Assembly: GCA_016176505.1 (NCBI GenBank)
Contig: JACOXB010000010.1
Span: 27,021-91,020, forward strand
Source of the DNA: Candidatus Colwellbacteria bacterium
GTDB taxonomy: Bacteria > Patescibacteriota > Minisyncoccia > UBA6257 > Colwellbacteraceae
DNA length: 64,000 nucleotides
Reading direction: 5' to 3'
Shown here: positions 47,023 to 57,925 of the stretch, piece by piece
Layout of the letters: each line of letters opens with the position of its first letter
How positions within the stretch are numbered: position 1 is the stretch's first letter
The notes under the pieces: generated by a model
The model's database searches: none
Seen by the model: the letters and a program-made list of their open reading frames with translations, nothing else
What the model was told of the DNA's origin: nothing
Translations under genes and position numbers: made by a program

Positions 47023-49152
47023 TTAGCTAAGTTTCAAGGACACCAGTTTCGAGGTGCCGTCTGGCGCCATAGTGACGCCGTAAAGCACATCAGCCACTTC
47101 CATGGTCGCCCGGTTATGAGTAACCACGATAAACTGGGTTTTAGCTGATAAATCTTTAAGCATTTCGCCGAAACGTTTGGCGTTTTTCTCATCAAGGGCT
47201 ACATCAATTTCATCAAGCACTAAAAATGGCGGCGAGCTTACGGAAATCAAGGCAAAAAGCGCCGCGATCGAAACCAGACTCCGCTCGCCGCCTGAAAGCA
47301 CGTCAAGTCCTTTAATTTTTTTTCGAGGTAAAGAAAGATCAATTTCCACGCCCGGGATGTTCGAATTGTTGGATCGTTCTGCTTGTTGGACTTGTTCGCC
47401 ATCCTCATCTCCGACAACTCCGACATCTTCAACATTTTGGATAGTTAGCTTTGCTTTTCCGCCCCCGAACATCAAACTCACTAATTTATTAAATTCCTGA
47501 TTAATTAATTTAATCGCCGAGTCGAATTCTTTATTAATTTTTTCTTCAAGATCTCTAATTAGTTTTTTAAGATCCGCCATTGCTCGCTCGAGATCAACCG
47601 ATTCAGCTGAAAGAAAATTGTATCTTTCTTCAGTTTCTTTGGCCTCTTCGATTAAGACCTCGTCAACCTCACCAATACTTGCGAGTTCGCCCCGGAGTTT
47701 GAGCATCAATTTAAGAACCTGCTCCTCCACGATCGGCGCCGCCCCTAACTCCTCTCTCCTAATTTCTAGCTCCTCGATACTGCGGCCGATCTGAAGCAGC
47801 TCCTCATGAAGCGCGGTTTGTCTTGAGACTAAACGTTCCCGCCCGATTATCAGGTGATTCTCCTCTTCTTTTAAAGCTTCGAGTTTTTTCCGCTCTGATT
47901 CAACCAGGGCATAAGCTGATTTAAAACGTTCGTTAAAGCTCGTGATCGTCCCTCTCGCTTTTTCTTCTTCGCGGACAAGCTCGCGAAGAGCCTGGTCTAG
48001 ATTATTTAAGTTTTTAGTGATTGATTCAATTTCTTTAGTAAGCTTTTTATCGGCTTTATCTAGCAAATCTCCTTTGTTATCAAGTAGATTCAGAATCTGC
48101 TGCAAGCCATCCTTTAATTTAGCCGGATCTTTTTCATCGAGCAGATTCTTCGCGACTCGCCTAACTTCATTAATAATCTTTAGAAAATCAGTCTCGCTCT
48201 CACCGGATTTCGCCTCGAATTCAAGTCTGGCTTCGAAGCGGCCAAGCTCTTTTTGTAATTTCTCGCGCTCGCTAAGAATCGAGCTCCTTTTCAGCTGAAG
48301 CTCGCCTCCGCCAGAGGCGGATCCGCCTTCGGCAGAGATTTTTTTCATTTCTGCCTCGGCTCCGGTAAAAACTTCTTCTTGGCGAGTAATTTGCTCTTTT
48401 AGCTTGGCCTCTCGGCTCGCTAATTCTTTTTCGCCTTTTCTAATTGTCTCGAGCCGCCGACCGTAAAAGTTGTTCTCAAGCTCTCTTAATTCTTCGGCAA
48501 GTTTTTCCCGACTTTCGTAACGCGAGGCCTGTTTTTTCAGAAAACGAAGATGGGGTTTTATTTCTTCAAGCGAAAGTTTAATTTTTTCTAAATTAGAAAA
48601 GGTATTTTCAAGCCGGCGGCTGGCTTCATCTTTTTTAATCTCGTATTCTTTGAGCCCCAGAATTTCCTCGATCATGGTCCGTCGCTCTAAGGGGTTTGCT
48701 TTCACAAAAATGTCGCTTTCCCCTTGATTAACGACAGCAAGCCCCCTGGGACCAACCTTGATTTTCGCGAGAAGTTCGGCAATGTCCTTTAATCTGACCT
48801 CGCTCTTATTAAGAAAAAAGTGAGTCAGACCGTCCCGGCCCAAGCGACGGGAAATAACCACCTCCTTGAAATCGAGCGGGAAAACACCTGAGTGGTTATC
48901 AAAGACAAATGAAGCCTGGGCCAAGCCGACCCGGGCTCTCATTTGTGTGCCGGCAAAAATTAAGTCCTCGCTTTTACCGCCCCGAAGCTGCCTCGCATCC
49001 CGCTCGCCCAAGAGCCATCTTACCGCATCAATAATATTTGATTTGCCTGAACCATTAGGACCGACGATGGCGGTGACGCCGCTTGTTAAATCAAGACTGA
49101 TTTTGTCAGCAAAAGACTTAAATCCCTGAAGTTCAAGCCGCTTTAAAAACAT
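47023..49152 (-). CDS. smc: Chromosome segregation protein Smc (short form)
   Basis: GFKSF, GPNGSGKSN, LSGGE, LDEID, THN; only 709 aa. Confidence 0.88.
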   Translation of the reverse strand: MFLKRLELQGFKSFADKISLDLTSGVTAIVGPNGSGKSNIIDAVRWLLGERDARQLRGGKSEDLIFAGTQMRARVGLAQASFVFDNHSGVFPLDFKEVVISRRLGRDGLTHFFLNKSEVRLKDIAELLAKIKVGPRGLAVVNQGESDIFVKANPLERRTMIEEILGLKEYEIKKDEASRRLENTFSNLEKIKLSLEEIKPHLRFLKKQASRYESREKLAEELRELENNFYGRRLETIRKGEKELASREAKLKEQITRQEEVFTGAEAEMKKISAEGGSASGGGELQLKRSSILSEREKLQKELGRFEARLEFEAKSGESETDFLKIINEVRRVAKNLLDEKDPAKLKDGLQQILNLLDNKGDLLDKADKKLTKEIESITKNLNNLDQALRELVREEEKARGTITSFNERFKSAYALVESERKKLEALKEEENHLIIGRERLVSRQTALHEELLQIGRSIEELEIRREELGAAPIVEEQVLKLMLKLRGELASIGEVDEVLIEEAKETEERYNFLSAESVDLERAMADLKKLIRDLEEKINKEFDSAIKLINQEFNKLVSLMFGGGKAKLTIQNVEDVGVVGDEDGEQVQQAERSNNSNIPGVEIDLSLPRKKIKGLDVLSGGERSLVSIAALFALISVSSPPFLVLDEIDVALDEKNAKRFGEMLKDLSAKTQFIVVTHNRATMEVADVLYGVTMAPDGTSKLVSLKLS

Positions 49153-49186
49153 TTAATCCTCTAGTTTACTGGTTTATTATACAACT

Positions 49187-49678
49187 ATGCCTGTTATTGG
49201 AATTGATGAAGCTGGCCGCGGCGCCTTGGCAGGACCTGTTGTTGTTGCGGCCGTTCGAATCCCGCCGCGGTTCTATCCTCGGGCGGCCCATCTCCCCATC
49301 CGCCGGGCGGCTGATATCGCCTCGACCCAATCCCTGATTCGACTTTTACGCTTGACTCGATCGCCCCTCAGTGAATGTTTTATCTATCTTGACGGCGGTC
49401 TAAGTATTCTCGACGAGGTACTTGTTAATAAGCTTGGACATCGGATTAAAACCGTGATTCGGGGTGATGAAAAGCTCGTCGCTATTAAGCTCGGCTCAAT
49501 TGTGGCCAAAGTTACAAGAGACAATTACATGCTTAAGCTCCACGAACGCTATCCAAGTTACGGCCTTAATCTTCACAAGGGTTACGGCACGGCTCTTCAT
49601 GGCCGGCGAATTAAAAGATTTGGTCCGGCCGAAATCCATCGATTGACCTATCTTAGAAAAAGCTTTACCATAACGTAG
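49187..49678 (+). CDS. rnhB: Ribonuclease HII (apparent internal deletion)
   Basis: GIDEAGRGALAGP, SIVAKVTRD, HKGYGT; the DSKK motif is absent. Confidence 0.85.
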   Translation: MPVIGIDEAGRGALAGPVVVAAVRIPPRFYPRAAHLPIRRAADIASTQSLIRLLRLTRSPLSECFIYLDGGLSILDEVLVNKLGHRIKTVIRGDEKLVAIKLGSIVAKVTRDNYMLKLHERYPSYGLNLHKGYGTALHGRRIKRFGPAEIHRLTYLRKSFTIT

Positions 49679-49718
49679 TCATAAGTTATTAGTTATAAGT
49701 CATTAGTTCTTTAGCTAG

Positions 49719-49886
49719 ATGGGCGTACCTAAAAAACACCACACTAAATCTAAAGTAGGTAGGAGGCGGTCGCAGCAAGCGAGACGCCCCCTTAAGCTTA
49801 TCCCCTGCGTGAAGTGCGCTGCTCCCAACCTCCCCCACCGAGTTTGTAAAAACTGCGGACACTATGGCGGCAAGACAGCTCGGTAG
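49719..49886 (+). CDS. rpmF: 50S ribosomal protein L32 (not in ORF track)
   Basis: [18 protein letters not shown]...CVKC...[11 protein letters not shown], 55 aa. Confidence 0.93.
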   Translation: MGVPKKHHTKSKVGRRRSQQARRPLKLIPCVKCAAPNLPHRVCKNCGHYGGKTAR

Positions 49887-50301
49887 AGGCATAGCTCTGC
49901 AGGCGCTTTACGAATGGGATTTTTACAATCGCGAAATCGATCTTAAAACTCTTACTGAAAGGAATATGAGCGAATTTGCTCCTGGCTACACTGACCAGAA
50001 ATTTGTTTTTGGCTTAGTCGAAGGGGTGGAATCAAAAATAGAAAAACTCGACGAGATCATCTCTACTTCAGCTCCAGAGTGGCCGCTTGAAAAGCTTTCG
50101 CCGATTGATCGGAATGTTCTTCGTTTAGGACTTTACGAATTGCTCTATGCCGACCGCGCCGAGGTGCCGCCGCGGGTGGCGATTAACGAAGCGATTGAAC
50201 TGGCTAAAACCTATGGCGGCTTAAACTCGGGCAAATTTATAAACGGCGTGATGGGTACGGTTTATCGGGAAATGGGCGAGCCAGACAAACGGGAAGAATA
50301 A
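49864..50301 (+). CDS. nusB: Transcription antitermination factor NusB
   Basis: [31 protein letters not shown]. Confidence 0.95.
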   Translation: MAARQLGRGIALQALYEWDFYNREIDLKTLTERNMSEFAPGYTDQKFVFGLVEGVESKIEKLDEIISTSAPEWPLEKLSPIDRNVLRLGLYELLYADRAEVPPRVAINEAIELAKTYGGLNSGKFINGVMGTVYREMGEPDKREE

Positions 50302-50990
50302 TGGAGCTAGAAGCACTTCAACGAAAAATTAGTTTAAATTTTGAAAATCTTGACCTTTTAAAGGAGGCCCTGACCCACCGTTCTTATTTAAATGAAAATC
50401 CTAAATGGCAATACGGCAATAATGAACGCTTGGAATTTTTAGGCGATGCGGTACTCGAACTTGCTATTACTGAAGAACTTTTCAGCCATTTTCCTAAAAA
50501 AGAAGAGGGCGAATTAACTCTTTATCGAGCTGGATTAGTGAACACCAGAACCTTGGCCCAGCTCGCCGAGGAAATAGAGCTTGATAAAGCTATTCTTTTG
50601 TCCCGGGGTGAGGCTAAAAACTTCTCCGGCCGGGCCAAAGAAACAATTTCAGCTGACGCAGTTGAGGCGTTGATCGGTGCGATTTACTTAGATCAGGGAT
50701 ACGAAAAGGCTAAAGAGTTCATTAATCGCTTCATTTTCTCTCGGGTTGATGAACTGATTAAAGAAGGCGGTAAAGATCCGAAAAGTCTGATTCAAGAAAT
50801 GGCTCAAGGAGAGCATAAAGTAACGCCGACCTATCGGGTTCTTTCCGAAACCGGACCGGCCCACGATCGAATTTTTAAAGTTGGCCTTTATTTTGGTGAA
50901 GAATTAAAAACCGAGGGCGAAGGCAAATCCAAACAAGAAGCCGAAACCGAAGCCGCTAAAAACCTGCTCCGAGAAATGCGAAGAATCTAA
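50301..50990 (+). CDS. rnc: Ribonuclease III
   Basis: NERLEFLGDAVL, EALIGAIYLD, dsRBD. Confidence 0.97.
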   Translation: MELEALQRKISLNFENLDLLKEALTHRSYLNENPKWQYGNNERLEFLGDAVLELAITEELFSHFPKKEEGELTLYRAGLVNTRTLAQLAEEIELDKAILLSRGEAKNFSGRAKETISADAVEALIGAIYLDQGYEKAKEFINRFIFSRVDELIKEGGKDPKSLIQEMAQGEHKVTPTYRVLSETGPAHDRIFKVGLYFGEELKTEGEGKSKQEAETEAAKNLLREMRRI

Positions 50991-51050
50991 AAATGGGAAG
51001 GCCCGCCTGTGGTGCGGGATCCCTCCCATCCACGGCGGGCCGTGAAAACT

Positions 51051-51872
51051 TCAGTCGATCTCGGCGCTCGACTGCCACGGGGCGATCATCGCGGTCTGGC
51101 CCATCACGTGTGGACCTTCGAGTACCAAGGCCGGATGGTCGCTATTGTAGAGCACGCCCTCAGCGACTAGGAGGATGGCGGTATCCCCGCTGGAAGTCCG
51201 ACCGAAGGTGATGCTCGTTCCGTCGAGCAGATGCCTGGTCCCGAAAACCCTCTGCCAACCCGTCACATTCAGCGATTGCCGAACATGATTGTAGTCGACC
51301 ACGAGCTCCTCGGGGGGCAGGCGATGACCACGGGCCTGCATCAACTCGATCGTCTGCCACCAGCTGAGCGGCGTGCCTGGCGGCGGCAGCTCGAGGCGCT
51401 GAACCTGCAGCCTGGCCGCTACTTCGTTCCCCCGAAAGAGCCGATCCTTACGGGGGTCTGGTGCGAGCACCGGGAAAGCGAAGATGTCTCCCTGCCGCTT
51501 GGTGTGCTCTCGACCGAACTGCTTCTCCAGCTCACGGATGCGTCTCGGCTTGATGGCTTCGAAGAAGCCGGTCTCGCCCCGCTTACCGTAGATCTCGAGA
51601 ACCTCGGGTTCAAGCGGAACAAGAAACGGCCGCTCATCAGTGCCGCCGAAGAACACCTCTCGCGGATGTTCGCCGTTCTCGGCGAAGAGGAACTGCACAC
51701 CGCCATTTAAAGGAACGAACACGCTGGTCTTGGTCGTGACCAGAGTGATGTCGCTGCCAGCCCGTCGGGTGTCGTTCCCCGACATGCCACCGTAGCCAGA
51801 TTGCCAAGATTCGAAGCGCAGGCTAGCGAGACCAGCCCGTTCCGGCAGCGTTGCCATATCTGCGACTTTCAT
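51051..51872 (-). CDS. Hypothetical protein with RQGD motif (GC-rich cassette)
   Basis: SD GGAGGTG before ATG 51872; KRQGDIF...GTRH...SDHP; hairpin plus CTTCCCATTTTT tail. Confidence 0.65.
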   Translation of the reverse strand: MKVADMATLPERAGLASLRFESWQSGYGGMSGNDTRRAGSDITLVTTKTSVFVPLNGGVQFLFAENGEHPREVFFGGTDERPFLVPLEPEVLEIYGKRGETGFFEAIKPRRIRELEKQFGREHTKRQGDIFAFPVLAPDPRKDRLFRGNEVAARLQVQRLELPPPGTPLSWWQTIELMQARGHRLPPEELVVDYNHVRQSLNVTGWQRVFGTRHLLDGTSITFGRTSSGDTAILLVAEGVLYNSDHPALVLEGPHVMGQTAMIAPWQSSAEID

Positions 51873-51908
51873 GTCACCTCCCATCTCGCGGATACGATCC
51901 TGATCGAA

Positions 51909-52079
51909 CTACTGCCAGTTTCGTTTTCCCTTCGCCCACTTGGGCATATGCTCGGCGCAGTAGTACTGCTCGTCCTCGACCCGCTCCGCGGTTACGTAGA
52001 CGTATGCTGGTTTGCCGCACGAACAGTTCTCGTAGGCACGCCAGCCCTTGGCATACCCGATCGACACGACAAAAGCCAT
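51909..52079 (-). CDS. Small zinc-finger-like protein (GC-rich cassette)
   Basis: SD GGAGG before ATG 52079; CSCGKPA...YCAEH. Confidence 0.6.
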   Translation of the reverse strand: MAFVVSIGYAKGWRAYENCSCGKPAYVYVTAERVEDEQYYCAEHMPKWAKGKRNWQ

Positions 52080-52167
52080 TAGATTCCTCCTCCCCTCACG
52101 AATCAACGTGCTGTTGAGACCCTCTGCCTCAATAATAACATCAAACCAGATATTGGTGATTCTGTAA

Positions 52168-52198
52168 ACCCCCACACCTATACATAGGTGTGGGGGTA
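52168..52198. repeat. Short palindrome
   Basis: ACCCCCACACCTAT-ac-ATAGGTGTGGGGGT. Confidence 0.7.
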
Positions 52199-52244
52199 AA
52201 GCGAAAGTTGAGCCAGGGGCGAGGGCGGCTTATAATGAGCTAAA

Positions 52245-55200
52245 ATGGCGAAATTTGTTCATCTGCACACTCACTCTCACTACTCTCTGCTTGATGGTCT
52301 TTCGAAAGTCGGCCCCTTAGTAAAGAGAGCTAAAGAACTAGGGATGGAGGCCCTGGCCCTGACTGACCATGGCAATCTTTACGGTTCGGTTGAGTTTTAT
52401 AAAAAGGCTAAAGCGGCCGGGATCAAACCCATCATCGGCGTTGAAACTTATGTAGCTCGCCACTCTCGTTTATCTAAAGACCCGAAAGTAGATAGTGTTC
52501 GTTATCACCTGACTTTACTGGTTAAAAATAAAGAAGGCTATCGCAACCTAGTTCAGTTAATTACTAAATCGCACCTTGAAGGTTTTTATTACAAGCCAAG
52601 AATCGACAAGGAGCTTTTAGAAAAATATCGCGAAGGTTTGATTTGTCTTTCCGGCTGTTTTTCGGGAGAGGTGGGAAAACTTTTACGAGCCGGAAACAAA
52701 GCCGGAGCTGAAGAAGCGGTAAAATATTATCACAATCTTTTTGGAAAAATACAACATCCCTTTAGTCGCCACCCAAGATTCTCATTATTTAAATCGTGAG
52801 GACGCGCCGATTCACGAAATCCTTTTGGCGATCCAGACCAATAACCGGCTTGATGATGAGGATCGATTAACCTTTAAAGAGCACGATGCCTCTTTTCGCT
52901 CAGGCGAAGAGATGGCTGAAGTTTTCAAAGATTTACCCGAGGCAATCGAGAATACACTCCGCGTGGCGGAAAAATGCAATTTCGAGTTTGAGTTAGATAA
53001 AACCCATTTGCCAGTCTATCCCCTGCCCGAGGGTGAAACTAATAGCAATGTTTATTTACGACGCATAGCTCGCGAGGGTCTGCCAAAACGAGGACTTGGG
53101 GCTGATAAAAAAGCTCATGAACGGCTTGAATATGAACTTGGCGTGATTGAGACAACCGGCTTCGCCGACTACTTCCTGATTGTCCAGGACTTTGTGAACT
53201 GGGCTAAAAATCACGGCATTGCCGTTGGCCCGGGCCGAGGCTCAGCTGCCGGCAGTATTGTTTCTTATCTTTTAAATATCACTGATGTTGACCCATTAAA
53301 ATACGACCTGCTTTTTGAAAGATTTTTGAATCCGGAGCGAATCCAAATGCCGGACTTCGATCTTGATTTTGCCGACCACCGTAGGGACGAAGTTTTGGGA
53401 TATTTAAGAGATAAATACGGCAATGAGCATGTGGCTCAAATCATTACCTTCGGCACCATGGCCGCGAGAGCCGCGGTTCGCGATGCTGGCCGAGCTATGG
53501 GGATACCCTATTCTTTTTGCGACCGGGTGGCCAAGCTAATTCCTTTTATGGCCAACTTCGGCAACGAAGGCATTTCGGCATATCTAGAAAAATCACCAGA
53601 ACTTAGAGCGCTTCATGATTCTGATCCCCAAGTTAAAAATCTTTTGGAAATTGCCGAGAGACTGGAAGGTGTGGCTCGTCATGCTTCGGTCCATGCCTGC
53701 GGCGTTGTTATCACTGAGGAACCAACCACCCAGTACCTCGCTCTCCAGCGAGCGCCCCAAGATGAAAATACGATTATCACCCAAATTGAAATGCATGGAG
53801 TTGAAGACCTGGGCCTTTGGAAAATTGATCTTCTCGGGCTCCGAAACCTGACTATTATCGAGGAAACTTTAAGGCTAATTAAAGAACTTGATGGGGAGGA
53901 GATAAATATTGCTGATTTACCGCTCGATGATAAAAAAACTTTTGAATTGCTCCGCGCCGCTGAGACCACTGGTATTTTTCAGTTTGAATCTTCGGGCATG
54001 AAACGCTACATGAAAGACATAAAACCAACTAGTCTTGAAGATTTAGCCGCTCTTGTAGCCCTATACCGCCCTGGCCCGATTGAACTTATCCCAAGCTACA
54101 TTGCTCGAAAGCACGGTAAAGAAAAAGTAACTTATCTCCATCCCAAACTCGAGCCAATTATGGAAAAAACTTACGGCATCGGCATCTATCAGGAACAAAT
54201 GATGAGAATTGCGACTGACCTCGGGGGCTATACCCTGCCCGAGGCCGACACCCTAAGAAAAGCGATTGGTAAGAAAATCAAAGCTCTTCTTGATGCCCAA
54301 AAAGAAAAACTGATCAACGGGATGGTTAAAAACGGCATTGACATGAGAACAGCGGGGAAAATTTGGAGTCTCTTCCCGCCTTTTGCCCGTTATGGCTTCA
54401 ACCGCTCTCATGCTGTCTGCTACGCCTTGATTGGCTATCGGACCGCTTATTTGAAAAGTCATTACCCGGTTGAATTTATGACCGCCCTTTTAAACAACGC
54501 TTCGGGCGATGTGGAACGAATTTCTTTCTTAATTGACGAGGCCAAAAGAATGAAAATCGAGGTGCTTGCGCCTGATGTTAATAAAAGTGTCAGTGATTTT
54601 GTGCCTGAAGAAGTCAATATTCGTTTCGGCCTTCTCGCGATTAAAAATGTGGGTGCCAATATCACTCAGGCGATTGTTGAGGAACGATTAAGAAACGGGC
54701 CCTACGAAAGCCTGACTGGTTTCATTTTGAGAGCCAGACCCTTTGGCATGAATAAAAAAGTGGTTGAATCGCTTGCTAAAAGCGGCGCCCTTGATTCGCT
54801 CGGAGTTGAGAGAATGACGATTTTAAATAACACCGATGCCCTCCTCAGGGCAGCTGGCGGCACGAAAGCCGAAGCCACGAATGGCCAAAATAATCTTTTT
54901 GGCGCGAATCACAAATTTGAAATCAAACTCGTTCCCGCCCCCGAGCCGGCTTCGAGAACCACTAAACTTGGCTGGGAAAAAGAATTAATCGGACTTTATG
55001 TGACCGAGCACCCGCTTAAAGAATACTGGGAAAAACAAAATCCGAACGAGAACCAAACTATTAAAGGGGTTGTTGAAAAAGCGATTGAAGGGCGGGCGGC
55101 TAAGATTTTTGGTATTATTTCTAAAGTCCATCGGGTCCAGACGAAAACGGGGCGGATTATGTTTTTTGCCAAAATCGAGGATCCGAGTGGTACTATTGAA

Positions 55201-55341
55201 GTATTAGTTTTCCCTGACACCCTGGGTAAGGATCCGAGCCTGTGGCAGGAAAATAATGTAGTCGAAATTAATGGTCGAGTATCGAAAAGAGACGGCGAAC
55301 CAAAGTTAATATGCGCGGAGGCAAAAGCGATCAGTCTTTAG
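52245..55341 (+). CDS. dnaE: DNA polymerase III alpha subunit, split by a frameshifting deletion near 52743
   Basis: HLHTHSHYSLLDG PHP domain (52245-52799) continues in another frame with ATQDSHY, GRGSAAGS, PDFDLD, FNRSH. Confidence 0.93.
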
Positions 55342-57036
55342 AGCATCTTCGGCATTCTCCCTAAGGGCAAACTCGGAATTGGTCCGGCAATTGAAAATGG
55401 TTTTTATTATGATTTTCTTTTGCCGCGGAACCTAACTCCGGATGATCTTAAGGGATTTGAAAAACGGATGCGGGAAATTATTAAGCAAGGGCTCGCTTTT
55501 CGCGGTAAAAAAGTGACCTCAACCGAGGCTAGAAAAACTTTCAAAGACCAGCCCTTTAAGCTCGAATTGATTAAAGATTTTGCTCGCGAGAAAAAACAGC
55601 TTTCGATTTATAAAACGGGCGATGTCTTTACTGATCTTTGCCGGGGCGGCCATGTTAAAAATACGAAAGAAATCAATCCTGATGCTTTTCGACTAACGAG
55701 CATTGCCGGCGCTTACTGGAAAGGCAGTGAAAAAAATCCTCAGCTTCAGCGGGTTTACGGCGTGGCTTTTAAAACTAAGAGGGAGCTTGAAGTATATCTT
55801 TTACAACAAGAGGAGGCTAAAAAACGGGACCATCGAAAACTCGGCAAAGAGTTAGATTTATTTACCTTTTCTGATTTAGTCGGCCCAGGCTTACCGCTTT
55901 ATACGCCTAGGGGGACAATCATAATTAACGAACTGTATCGGGAGCTTTTAAGAATCAGTAAGGATTACGGCGTCCAAGAGGTCAAGATTCCCCATATGGC
56001 TAAGATCGAGCTCTACGAGACATCTGGACACGCCGAGAAATTCAAAGATGAGCTTTTTAAGGTTAAAAGTCATTATGATATTGAGTTCGTATTAAAGCCG
56101 GTTAATTGCCCGCATCACACCCAAATTTACGCCTCAAGACCCCGGAGTTATCGGGATCTGCCGCTGCGCTTCATCGAGTCCACTGCCCAGCACCGGGATG
56201 AAAAACCGGGCGAGATCGGCGGTCTTTCAAGGACTCGTTCGTTTACGGTCGATGATGGCCATACTTTTTGCCGAGTTGATCAGATTAAAGAAGAGGCCAA
56301 AAACACCTGTCGTATAATCGAGAGATTTTATAAAGCCTTGGGCTTGTGGGGTGATCATTGGGTTTCTCTTTCGGTAAGAGATCCAAAAACGCCAGAAAAG
56401 TATATTGGTATAAAAGCAGATTGGGATAAAGCAGAAAAAATGATCCAAGAAGTTTCTAAAGAATTAAAACTTGGAGGGAAAGTAGTTAAAGGAGAGGCGG
56501 CTATTTATGGTCCTAAAATCGATTTTATGTTTAAAGACGCTCTGGGTAAAGAAATACAGTTGGCGACTGTTCAAATCGATTTTGCTATGCCTAAAAGATT
56601 CGGCCTAACCTATACCACTGCCGGAGGAAAGCAAGAAACGCCGGTGATGCTCCATCGAGCGATTCTGGGATCTTACGAAAGATTTTTAGCGATTCTCCTC
56701 GAACATTATGCCGGCGCTTTTCCGCTTTGGCTTGCGCCAGTTCAGGTGGCCATATTGCCGATCAGTCAGAAATTCACGAGTTATGCCGAGAAAGTGGCGA
56801 AAGCTTTGCGCGAGAAAAATATCCGAGTAGAAATATCTGATGCCAATGAAACCATCGGCAAGCAAATTCGTGAAGCTGAACTTCAGAAAATCCCCTATCT
56901 CCTGGTGGTCGGGGAAAAAGAAATAAAATCTAATTCGGTCGCAGTGCGAAAACGCGGTAAAGGAGATATCGGCGTGGAAAAACTTTCGAAATTCGTTGAA
57001 GAAATCAGTAAAGAAATTAACGAAAGAAAGGCCTAA
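55311..57036 (+). CDS. thrS: Threonine--tRNA ligase, frameshifted near 55358
   Basis: ATG 55311 gives ...LEHLRHS, then another frame GIGPAIENGFYYDF, DLCRGGH, RDHRKLG, KPVNCP, YGPKID. Confidence 0.93.
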
Positions 57037-57925
57037 AATCATTGTTATTCTGGGGCCGAATGCTTCGGGAAAGTCGGCCCTAGGGGTTGGGTTAGCCAAA
57101 AAATTTTCCGGCGAGATAATTTCAGCTGACTCCCGCCAAGTCTACCGCGGCCTTGATATCGGCACTGGAAAAATCACTAAACGCGAGATGGCCGAAATTC
57201 GCCACCACCTACTCGATGTTGCCTCGCCTAAACGGGTTTTTACTGTTGCCCAGTACCAAAAACTGGCCCAAGCCGTGCTCGAAGACATTCTTCGTCGAGG
57301 TAAGCTGCCGATCATAGTCGGCGGCACTGGACTTTATATCGACGCCCTGCTTTATAACACTCCATTTCCGGCCGTTCCGCCCAATCCGAAACTGCGTCAA
57401 AAACTTGAAAAAGAATCCAGTGAATCGCTTTTCAAAAAACTAGAAAGACTTGACCCGGACCGAGCCGCGAACATTGACCCCAAGAATAAGCGCCGCCTGG
57501 TGCGCGCTCTCGAAATAGTGCTGGCTACCGCCAAGCCCGTCCCTGCCCTTATTCGCGCGAATAAGGGTATAAACGATTTCAGGGTTTTAAAAATCGGGAT
57601 CGCCTTGCCGGAAGAAAAACTTAAAGATGGAATCGCTCGCCGGCTCGAGCAAAGAATAAAAACAGGGATGATCCGTGAAGTCAAAAAGCTGCGTGAAAGA
57701 GGTTTAACCTGGAAGCGCCTTGAGGAATTAGGGCTTGAATATCGTTATACCGCGCGACATCTCCAAGGACTTTTGAGTCGCGAAGAAATGATTCAAAAAC
57801 TCGAAATTGAAATCTGGCGTTATGCCAAACGCCAGATGATTTGGTTTAAACGCGATAAAAATATTATTTGGCTAAGCGATCTGAAAAAAGCTTTTCCAAT
57901 AATCCAGGATTTCCTCGGCCGCTAA
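56996..57925 (+). CDS. miaA: tRNA dimethylallyltransferase
   Basis: GPNASGKS, ADSRQVY, VGGTGLY, YAKRQ. Confidence 0.95.
   Translation: MKKSVKKLTKERPKIIVILGPNASGKSALGVGLAKKFSGEIISADSRQVYRGLDIGTGKITKREMAEIRHHLLDVASPKRVFTVAQYQKLAQAVLEDILRRGKLPIIVGGTGLYIDALLYNTPFPAVPPNPKLRQKLEKESSESLFKKLERLDPDRAANIDPKNKRRLVRALEIVLATAKPVPALIRANKGINDFRVLKIGIALPEEKLKDGIARRLEQRIKTGMIREVKKLRERGLTWKRLEELGLEYRYTARHLQGLLSREEMIQKLEIEIWRYAKRQMIWFKRDKNIIWLSDLKKAFPIIQDFLGR

Noticed and set aside
52700-52800. Programmed frameshift or naturally split dnaE
   Set aside because: Conserved residues are missing at the junction rather than shifted, no intein motifs are present, and similar lesions occur in other genes.
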